Assembly: GCA_009602725.1 (NCBI GenBank)
Contig: WELB01000012.1
Coordinates: 653,235-700,642, forward strand
Length of the DNA: 47,408 bases
Direction of reading: 5' to 3'
DNA from: Spirogloea muscicola
Taxonomy: Eukaryota
The number at the start of each line of letters is the position of its first letter. The first letter of the stretch is position 1. Shown here one piece after another: positions 37,248-47,408 of this stretch. The translations under genes were made by a program, and so were the position numbers. The notes beneath the pieces are model-generated. The model did no database searches. It had not been told where the DNA came from and saw nothing but the letters and a program-made list of their open reading frames with translations.

Positions 37248-38564
37248 CGCCGCTCGCCGATGCCTTCCGGCTGTTGCAGGCTGCGCCGAGTGAGCTCCTC
37301 CCCTCGCCTCTGCCCCGCTGCCGTGTCGAGCCTGCCCGCAGGCTCGGGGCGGTGCGAGTAATGAAGCGTACTAGCGAGAGGTATAGAGATCAATTCCCCG
37401 GCTCTCCACCAGTGGAGCGCACCAGCCTGCTGGCCGGCAGCACGGAGCTCACGCCGGCAGCCCGCTTGCTCGTCGGCCAGCGCTGAATTAATGTGGCGGC
37501 CCGCTCTGACCGTTCTGTAGGGCCCCGGGAGCTGACGGGCGCCGCGGATTTGGTCGCCCATTACGGCCTGCGGGAGCAGTATGACCGCTTCTGCGGCCGG
37601 CCGCTGCCAGCGTCCGTGGCCGAGGCCGGCCACCTGCGGCGGGTCGCCGGCGACGTTAGCCTCCGCCGAGGAAACGACGGCCTGGAACTCGCGCAGCTGC
37701 TGGACGCCCGGGAGGCGCCGCCGGCGCTCGACGCCGCCGACATCCGGCCGCTGGAGCTCGAGGACCTCTATGCAGGCTTTGCTCTGAAGGAGACGGACGA
37801 GGCTGTGAGCCTGCCGGAGGTGGTAACCGCTGGCAGGCCCTCCCGAGCGGCCAGCTCGGCTTTGCAGTCTGGTGCTGGGAACATCGCATAGCTGGTGCTC
37901 AGGATGCCAAATTGCTGATGCCCACTCAGCAAGCGCAGAGACTCAACTGTGGCGGTGGTTGGAGCTCTGAGCTCGCCAGTGTGCCAAATGGCGTCTCCCT
38001 GATGGCCACGTGGGACTGAGCCCAAATGGCATGCTCGCATCCTTGGTGCTCTGCAGAGCGAGCGTGGCGAGCCAGCATTTGCTGGCTCGCCGGCTGCCCC
38101 CGGCGAGCAGGAGGCAGGTGGCACGCTAGCGGAAGTGGAGGAGCAGCAGGGGGAGGAGCGGCGGGAGCGGCACCGAGACAAGGATCGGGAAGGCAGCCGG
38201 CGCCATAAAAGCAAGCGCAAGGAGCGGCACAAAGACCGCCACAAGGATAGCAGCGGCAAGGAGCGCAACCGGGAGCACGGGGAGAATGGCAAGGAGCGCG
38301 GCCACCGCAGCAAGAAGAAGGTGGACCTCCTCGGCCACAATCGCACGTTTGCGCCAGGCGGCTGGCTGCTGGTCTTTGACCCTGCAGCTGCTGCTGGCTT
38401 ACCAGTTCCCAAGGCCTGCAAGCGTGCAGAAGCGGAAGCGAGAGGCCGGTGAAAGCAAGGAGGCCACTGTGCTGCCCGCTAATGATCGGGAGCTCAAGCG
38501 GCAAAAGGTGCACATTCACGCCAGTTCTCCACCTAAGGCCTCCGAAGGCACAAGCACATTATAG
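37133..38564 (+). CDS. MED19: Mediator of RNA polymerase II transcription subunit 19 (plant type)
   Basis: Exon 37521-37819 reads PRELTGAADLVAHYGLREQYDRFCGRPLP...HLRRVAGDVSLRRG..GLELAQLL...IRPL..EDL..GFALKET..VSLP. It is followed by a K/H/D/R-rich exon (HKSKRKERHKDRHKD) and KRKR. The first exon 37133-37289 is inferred from phase. The 3' end is uncertain and may include further exons out to ~38880-39065. Confidence 0.85.
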
Positions 38565-40063
38565 GTGTCTTGCGCGGCCATGCGTTTTTCTTGTTCAACT
38601 TAGCCATCGCGAACTTATGCTCTCATGTCCGGCGAGTGGCCCATATGACATATCGCCGCTGGCGCACGCAATTGCAGCCAACCACACCAGTGCGCAATGG
38701 CCTCTGAGAGATGAGCACAGCCCTTCTGCGCCTTGTACAACCACTTGGTCTTTTGCTGCAGTCTGCCTCCACCACCATAGGACCATCATTGCCTGGTGAG
38801 CGCCACATTCCACATTGCAGGGGTCCTTGCAACCTGGGGAAGTCCTGCCGCAGGCAGCAGCAATGGCCTGACTAAGGCCTCAGAAGCGGACTTGTGCTTG
38901 ATTGATTGGCGAGGCTTCTGGCATGCTTCAGTGAGGCTGCATGCCCCCATGCTCACTAGATTGCGCTCTCAGGTGGCGCAGATTCTCCCGAGTGAAGGTA
39001 ATGGTGGCGTCTCGGCAGCTGGCTCGCCCCTGATGGCACCTGGCTCGTGCAATACTGTCCCTTAAGTCAGAAAGGGCTAGCAGGACGCTTGCCAGAACAA
39101 GAACGCCCTTGTGCCCCTACATTAGTCCAGCTTTGGCTCTGTCTGCACTACTGAAGCAGAGGCTCTTGCAGCGATGGGGGGCCCTGTAGTGGTTCTGAGA
39201 CAGGATGGCGTTTACGATGCCAATACATCGCGGTAGCATTGCTGGCTGGGTGAGGGGCAGACGGTGAGGAAGCAAGCTAGGGGTGCAGCTGAGCAGCAGC
39301 ATGCGCGCCTGAGCTCAAGGCACGCTATTGTGAAAGCAGGACTTTAGCTGCCGTCACTGCTGCTCTTATTGCAGTGTGCTAATGCGAACCAGCAACCTGC
39401 AGCCTTGGATGAGAGTAGATCAACAATAGAGCAAATAGTTGACAGGACAGTGTAGCTCCATAATGTGAGAGGTGACAGCAGGTGACAGGCAATGTTCTCG
39501 AGACAGCCTACAGGAGAAAGAGGTGCAGACCGTGGCGTTTGCTATCCACCGTGATGGGCATGTGGTGGAGGTGGCGTGTGTTGAGTTAGCACGGCCCCTG
39601 ATGAAGGTTGCCACTGCCAGGGGCTTGCAAGATTACTTCTGCAGTAACGGCAGGCAGTCGGTAGGAAAAGCGCACTTGCAAACATATGGCAGAGCAAACA
39701 ATGGTAGGCAGGCGAAGTGGATTGCATGCTTGAGCATAGAATCGGTGCACAACATCTCCTTGCGAGGGTGCAGATGAGCACGACTTACACCACTGGGCAC
39801 GTACGAAATGACTGCACTCGTCATCAGAGTGTAGAAAGCTTCTGCGAAGTCGTTTCTTGCTTCGGAAGCCACTAGCAGTCCACAAGGTGTCTACCACCCC
39901 GACTTTTGGAGCATAAGGTACGAGGCATCTGGAGCTGCACAGGTTCGGGGGGTTTGAGGGTTTTGGGGTGAGGGGAGTGGATTTAGTATTGGTCGGAAAT
40001 GGGGAATGTGCCTGTCGTGTCAGCCACTGTGCCCTGCCGCCATGGCGGAGCGGGCCTCCCGGC

Positions 40064-40094
<31 letters not shown>

Positions 40095-40267
40095 ACTGGC
40101 GAGACCTCTGGCACTGCAGCTCGGCGCTGAGAGAGCTTCATGCAACCCTGGACTGCCCAGCTAAGATTCACCAACCCAATTTTCCAGGAGAAAAGAAGCT
40201 GTCATTCAAAGAGCGTCCTTGAAGGCCAGCCAGATGCATAACAACGGGAAAAGGGGGGTACTAAGAA

Positions 40268-40402
40268 GAAAGGGCTCGCCCATTGAGGATAGGGGCTGGA
40301 AAAGCCAGCCCAGAAAAGAAGGAAGAAGGGCTCGCCCATTGAGGATAAGGGGCTGGGAAAAGCCAGCCCAGAAAAGAATGAACAAAGGACGAGAAGGGGC
40401 CA
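40268..40402 (-). repeat. Tandem pair (~57-bp period) of a variant of the same repeat family
   Basis: aagggctcgcccattgaggata(a)ggggctgg(g)aaaagccagcccagaaaagaa occurs twice. The reverse complement carries ttgttcattcttttctgggctggcttttcccagcc, like A/B. Confidence 0.75.
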
Positions 40403-40465
40403 GGGGAAGTACAAAGAACAACAAGCACAGAAAAAAAACGAAGCAGCTACGAAGCACTCAGTAAC

Positions 40466-41431
40466 NNNNNNNNNNNNNNNNNNNNNNNNNNNNNNNNNNN
40501 NNNNNNNNNNNNNNNNNNNNNNNNNNNNNNNNNNNNNNNNNNNNNNNNNNNNNNNNNNNNNNNNNNNNNNNNNNNNNNNNNNNNNNNNNNNNNNNNNNNN
40601 NNNNNNNNNNNNNNNNNNNNNNNNNNNNNNNNNNNNNNNNNNNNNNNNNNNNNNNNNNNNNNNNNNNNNNNNNNNNNNNNNNNNNNNNNNNNNNNNNNNN
40701 NNNNNNNNNNNNNNNNNNNNNNNNNNNNNNNNNNNNNNNNNNNNNNNNNNNNNNNNNNNNNNNNNNNNNNNNNNNNNNNNNNNNNNNNNNNNNNNNNNNN
40801 NNNNNNNNNNNNNNNNNNNNNNNNNNNNNNNNNNNNNNNNNNNNNNNNNNNNNNNNNNNNNNNNNNNNNNNNNNNNNNNNNNNNNNNNNNNNNNNNNNNN
40901 NNNNNNNNNNNNNNNNNNNNNNNNNNNNNNNNNNNNNNNNNNNNNNNNNNNNNNNNNNNNNNNNNNNNNNNNNNNNNNNNNNNNNNNNNNNNNNNNNNNN
41001 NNNNNNNNNNNNNNNNNNNNNNNNNNNNNNNNNNNNNNNNNNNNNNNNNNNNNNNNNNNNNNNNNNNNNNNNNNNNNNNNNNNNNNNNNNNNNNNNNNNN
41101 NNNNNNNNNNNNNNNNNNNNNNNNNNNNNNNNNNNNNNNNNNNNNNNNNNNNNNNNNNNNNNNNNNNNNNNNNNNNNNNNNNNNNNNNNNNNNNNNNNNN
41201 NNNNNNNNNNNNNNNNNNNNNNNNNNNNNNNNNNNNNNNNNNNNNNNNNNNNNNNNNNNNNNNNNNNNNNNNNNNNNNNNNNNNNNNNNNNNNNNNNNNN
41301 NNNNNNNNNNNNNNNNNNNNNNNNNNNNNNNNNNNNNNNNNNNNNNNNNNNNNNNNNNNNNNNNNNNNNNNNNNNNNNNNNNNNNNNNNNNNNNNNNNNN
41401 NNNNNNNNNNNNNNNNNNNNNNNNNNNNNNN
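40466..41431. other. Assembly gap (966 N)
   Basis: Run of N. Probably hides the dethiobiotin synthetase half of BIO3-BIO1. Confidence 0.99.
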
Positions 41432-44400
41432 CGCCACCGCGCGCGGCAGGCGGCGCTGGCCGGCGCCGCGGCCCGCGCCGTGGGCACCCTCTGGTGGCCC
41501 TTCACGCAGCACGCCGCGCTGTCGGAGGACCGCGTCACCGTCATCGACTCGCGCCTCGGCGGCAGCTTTGCCGTGTACAAGGCGAGCCGCCGCCATCGCT
41601 GCGAAGTTGCCACAAATCCATTTCCGAATGCTGAAGCATAAATATAACAAAGGCCCCACTCTGCATCTGATCAGGCGGAGATTGGCTTACAAACTGTGGT
41701 CCTTCGCCACCAGAGCAGCCTCTGACAGAGGCAAGGCTTGCCAGCCCGTGTCCCTCCAGGAGGATGCTGATGGCGGCGTGATCGAGCAGCAGCTCGATGC
41801 CTGCGCGAGCTGGTGGACGCAGGGCCTGGATGCCAGCCTGCAGGTGCACCATGGCAACCACACCCGTGCCATCAGAACTGCATTGCCGATTACGCTGGGG
41901 TGGTTCAGTATGCTAACACAGTGCTTGACATGGCTGACAGAAGCCCGAGTCTGCATAGTGCTATGAGAGAAGGCGGGGGAGGCAGCTGCCTCTCACCATG
42001 CATGTTCACTCGCTGTCCCGGTGGCTTGCTGCCAGCCAGACATGGCGCGCGCGGTGGCTTACGCGGCCGGCCGGTACGGCCACGTGATGTTCCCGGAGAA
42101 CGCCCACGAGCCCGCCCTCCGCTGCGCCGAGCTCCTGCTGAACACAGTTGGCAAAGGTAGCTAGCTCTTTGCGAATCTCAAGTCCTGAATGCTTTTAGAG
42201 AGTTCATGTCTTTGCACCTCCTTGCGGCCTCTCACGAGCAAATCCTATTCATCTCTTTTGTAGTAATCAGCTTTGCAGAAAACAGTGTTACAGTAAGAGG
42301 AAGAGAAGACCGTCGAAAAACTTGCCACCCATTTAGTTCCTGAGTGATACTGCTCCACGGTGCCCTGGTCGTAGAGCTCAAAGACAGTCGCCTGTCCAAG
42401 CCCTCCTTTGCAGGCTGGGCGCAGCGCGTGTTTTACTCAGACAATGGCTCCACAGCAGTTGAAGTGGCATTGAAGATGGCCTTCCGGACCTTCTGCTGTG
42501 ACCATGGCATATCCGATGCACCAGACGAGCAGCCCAATCTGCAGGTATCGGCACACTGAGCATCAAGACTGTGCAGCCTGAGTCGAAGCTGAGGCTGGCC
42601 AAGACCTCGGCAAGAAAGTGATCGTCTGTACAGATACGTCCATGGATTGAGCAGTTGCCATGCATAAAGCGTCCTCAGAGCTGACAGGCACCGCAGGGCG
42701 TTGCACCCTGAGCTGATGGGTTGTTGCCCCTCATCTCGACCAGGTCGTTGCATTGGTGGGGTCCTATCACGGTGACACGCTCGGAGCCATGGAGGTGGGC
42801 GCCCCGTCTGCCTACAATGGCTTCCTCCAGCAGCCTTGGTGAGGACTCACTGAAATCCGTACCACCGCACCACTGCTCACCTAATGACACAAGTGCGATA
42901 AAGATAGTGGGAGGTTGACTCCTCTGCTCGGCCCAATGCTTTCATCCTTTCTCTCATCTCACAGTAGGGGCGATGTGTCCTTGAGCCAGCCTTCTCTCTC
43001 CTGAATACGGTGAATGTAATGAATGCCACGCTGGCTTTAAGTTCTCTGCTTGTTTTAGAAGAAGACATTGATTGGAGTGCTGCTTGTTGTGCAAGTGGTT
43101 GTGCAACTTGTGCTGACCCACTTTGACCTGTCTTTTAGGTACAGAGGAAGAAGCATCTCTCTGGAGCCACCCACAGTACACTGCTCGGACGCATTGTGGC
43201 GCCTCCAGCTGCCGGAGGCATATAGAGCATCAATGGCAGATGAAGGTTAGGTGCGACTCTTGAAGGCCGTAGTGAAGTATATTATGGAGCAGCTCTGACC
43301 CTACGAAACTGTCGTTTTTATACTGGACAATAGCGACTTTGAGGTCAAGGGCAAACTTGCCTGACTGTCTTGTGTGCTCGTGGCAGATACTTTGACATGG
43401 AAAGCAAGAGATGACATTTTCAAGCTCAGCAGAGATTCCACGAGCCTAGCTCGGGCATATCAGAGGGTCATTGCAGAGCAACTAGATCTGCGAGGTTCGG
43501 TGGCCTCCAGCATTCGAGCGGCCGCCCTCATCTTGGAGCCTGGTGTGAATCATTTCCTTGGACCCTGCATAGTACTAGCACGCAGAATATTATCTATTAC
43601 AGCTCAAAGTAATGTGGACTTGCATTGGAGGTGGTCTCTTAAGCTGTTGGCCTGTAACAGCAAAGTGTCTTCTAGTTGACCGGTGGGTTCTTGCATCCTC
43701 CAATTCTTCACTTGCTCGGCTCTGTCCTATGCAGTGATGATGGGAGCCGGCGGCATGGTGATGGTCGACCCGCTCTTCCAGAGAGCTCTCGTCAGGGAGT
43801 GTCGGAGCCGCCGGATCCCTGTCATCTTTGACGAAGTCTTTTCGGGCTGCTGGCGGCTGGGCAGCCTGGTGAGGCGCCCCTGCCGCAAGTGGTGTCATGC
43901 TGGACAGCCAGTCTAATCGGGCATCTGCTCTCGCTCGAGTGCAAGGTTCTTGACAAATCCAGGTCAATGTTTGTCAACAACGATCCAAGTTTGGGGGTAA
44001 ACATGTTCCCTGAGATAAGGTTACATGCAGGTGGTTCGAAATTCCCTGAGATAAGGTTACATGCAGGTGGTTCGAAATTCAGCGGACTCTGCCATTCACA
44101 CTGCCGTGAAATTGCTGTGCTGCAGTCCGGAGCCCAGCTGCTGGGCTGCCAACCCGACATTGCGTGCTATGCAAAGCTCCTGACAGGCGGCATCGTCCCT
44201 ATGGCGGCCACCCTGGCTGCGCCCCACGTGTACGCCTCGTTTCTGGGGGCTTCTAAGGTGCCTCGTGACCCGTGTGTCTCTGTCTGTGTGGGACAGGAAG
44301 TCAGCTCTTTGCACTCTCAGCAGGGTATCCATGTGTCATCAATGTGTATGTAGTTATTATCTGCCCATGGGAGCACAATATTCAGACAAGCTCTATGACC

Positions 44401-45601
44401 TAGATATATGCTAATCTTAATTCTGTGTGATCAAGAGGAGGGATGTTGTCATTTGCTTGTCTATCCACCCCATGTGGGTCAAACAGACAAGTACATAGCA
44501 AGTGCAAAATGTCATATCATCGGCGTGCTAAGGGTGCGGCTTCTAGTATTCCTTCTTGTGCAGCTCGATGCGCTGTTGCATGGTCACTCCTACACGGCGC
44601 ACGCTGTTGGCTGCTCTGCGGCCATTCTGGCACTGGAGAGCTACCTAAATCCGGACAGGAATGCAAATCTCAGGGTAGAGGAGGGCCGTTTGCAGGAGGT
44701 GAGGCTACCTTGCGCACCTCGCTGCGTGTTTGCTATCAACAGGATCCAGAAAGCCTGTGTAGGGGGTTGACACAGCGTAAACCATACTAGACATGGACTT
44801 TGGCATCCATACTTGGATTGAGCAAAGCCTGTCGTAATTCGATGATAGATCATTCGATGATGGGCTCCACGGCATGCAGCCATGATCACACAATTGACCT
44901 GCACTCAAGCAATGCCCGTACACTGTGCAGCTGTGGCCTCTAGACATGGTGGCAACAATATCGTGCCTCCCCAATGTGTTGCGAGTGGTGTCTTTGGGAA
45001 CCGTCTTTGCGGCCGAGCTCCGGACCGAAGGGACGAGCGGCGCCGGGTATGATGCCAGACCAGCTAAACCCTCCTTTTTGCGACCTATCTGCACCAAGTC
45101 GCGAGCATCTGAGCGCGCCTTGTCCGCCTTCTATCATTAATTTGACAGCTCGTGATCAATCTAGATGTTGCTTCATTCTTGGTACAAGCAGGGACTTCCA
45201 TGGTTCAGTACGCAAGCAGCCCTAACAACAGCAGTGTCGTGTCCTCGTGACTGGACTTCTGGACATGCAATATTGTTGGCAGTCCTCTTGTCGACACATT
45301 TGCATTGCAGCATCAGCATCCACGTTAGAGTTACTGTATTTCCAGAATGTGCTTGATGGGTTGATAGTGCTTCTTGTGTCACATTGTCGTCCTTGCTGTT
45401 GTCCGCAGATACGCTTCTACAGGAGCGGTGGATGTCATTGCACGGCTGAGGGCTGTTAGCGTGTATGCCCGGCCGCTGGGGAGTGTCGTATACCTGATGT
45501 GTTGCCCAACAAGCCCCCGCGCCCAGTGCAGCGCGGTCTTGGACACCCTCCTCTCAATCCTCCGCACGTCTAGTGGCGCGGAGTGTGAGGCAGCCATATG
45601 A
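41432..45601 (+). CDS. BIO3-BIO1: Bifunctional dethiobiotin synthetase / 7,8-diaminopelargonic acid aminotransferase (visible part = aminotransferase half); 5' end in the gap
   Basis: WWPFTQH..VTVIDSR, DACASWWTQG, GRYGHVMFPE, FYSDNGSTAVEVALKMA, SYHGDTLGAM, IFDEVFSGCWRLG, PDIACYAKLLTGG (PLP lysine), ALLHGHSYTAH, VYARPLGSVVYLM. Stop TGA at 45601. Confidence 0.93.
44006..44080 (+). repeat. Perfect 36-bp tandem duplication in a BIO3-BIO1 intron
   Basis: ttccctgagataaggttacatgcaggtggttcgaaa at 44006-44041 and 44042-44077, followed by ttc. Confidence 0.95.
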
Positions 45602-46842
45602 CCAGCCTGCTGCAGTTGACTACAGGGTTAGCGACGCAACAAATTGCTCACATCATCAGCTCAAGAGAGTCGCCAGCAACTTCTCACTGCCGCCCATTTC
45701 TCATCTGGCCTCCCACCCTTGCCACCAATTATGTGTTATATTACATTCAACTTCGATCCCTCCTTGTCATGGCTCGGTGACTGCGAGGAAATTTACGTCT
45801 GCTATTAGCTCATGATTTGTAGAGTGGCCACAACGAAACGAACATCCAAGACCACCATGCAATAAAACCAGGTGTGGTGTCTATTCCATGGCAAGCTCAG
45901 GGTGTCAATATGGTGCTCAAGATCAGCCCGAAGGTGCTGCTTTAACCCGTCACTATGGCTAGGCTCAAGGCAGGGCTTTCGCATGCTTGCAATCATGGCC
46001 GACACAAGAACTGACGAATCGAGTGGAGGCAAGGGGGAGTAGAGGGATGAGTTTCGGTTTGCTGTTCCGCAACAATCCAATAAGCTGAAAATGTATGCTC
46101 TGAGTGTAGCTTCCCAGCACTTCTGCCAGGAGCTATGGAGAAGCAGGACTAGCTCTCAATCTCTTACTCGATCTGCCGCATCTGATTAAGCTCTTATCTA
46201 AGTAACGGTCCGCTTGCTGGGGCCTGCCTACAGCTATCAAGCTGGTCTGGCTTGACATGGCGACCGGCAAGCAAAGCAGCGCAACCTTCCCGTGCGAGAA
46301 TATGGTCCTAGCTACCACGGCTGGTGGCACATCGCCATACGCAGGTTGCGTGCACCCAGGAAAGGCTCTGCAAGGCTTCCCGCAAAGCGGACACTAACGG
46401 CAAAGCTACAACGCTAACGGCAAAAGTGCCAGTCCCAGCACTAACGGCTTGCGCTGCACTTAGAGCTGTGCAGGCAATGGTGGCAGCGATGCTTGTCGGC
46501 ACGTCACCGACGTTTGCGCTGCACACACGCTTAGCTCCTCCTGAAGTCACGCGCAGCACGGCAGCTTGGTGTGAGCAGCAGCAAGAGCAAAGGGAGGCCA
46601 AGTGGGGCCCGCAAAGGTAGGGCCTTTGGACTGCCAGGGTCAGCTGCTTACGCCGCACCGTGAGCTCAACTCAGCACTCAGCACAGCTCCACAGCGTCAG
46701 CGAGCTCAAGTAGCAACGCTAAGGGCAAACCAGCGACGGTGCAGGCTGTGCAGTCCGCTGCATTGCCGGCCGAGCGAGTCTGGCGGTGCTGGGACAGTGG
46801 CAACGGCGGCGGACGACAGCGCCTCACCTGGTAGCCCCCCGT

Positions 46843-47408
<566 letters not shown>

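Noticed and set aside
314..38564. EAF, SNAPC1 and MED19 as a transcription-machinery gene cluster
   Set aside because: They are interspersed with unrelated housekeeping genes and show no shared regulatory signal; chance adjacency is enough.
44006..44080. 36-bp repeat as a CRISPR repeat
   Set aside because: The units are directly adjacent with no spacer, there are only two copies, and they sit in a eukaryotic intron.

Overview
Gene-dense eukaryotic nuclear DNA with spliceosomal introns and plant-type protein homologues. It is most consistent with a streptophyte green alga or early-diverging plant (inference). The window comes from a draft scaffold with three N-gaps (32661-33359, 36341-36548, 40466-41431) and homopolymer tails at contig ends. 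Genes I could splice by hand: EAF (ELL-associated factor, +, 5'-partial), SNAPC1/SRD2 (-), the very large HEAT-repeat gene SWEETIE/HEATR5 (-, ~17 kb), a DUF482/FemAB-like GNAT-fold gene (+), an unrecognised spliced gene (-), a CCDC174-like gene (+), RPL14 (-), the first two exons of a kinesin (-, cut by a gap), MED19 (+), BIO3-BIO1 (+, 5' end in a gap) and the acidic C-terminus of a nuclear protein (-). Most notable: (1) the kinesin and MED19 appear to overlap head-to-head around one CATG; (2) the kinesin cannot fit in the space left before RPL14; (3) a dispersed ~50-100 bp repeat family keeps a double hairpin and sits mostly near gene 5' ends; (4) two likely GC-AG introns and a 45-nt in-frame intron; (5) acidic WxxF motifs in the SWEETIE tail. 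No tRNA, rRNA, CRISPR or intact transposase was seen. All product calls rest on motif recognition from memory, not on database searches.
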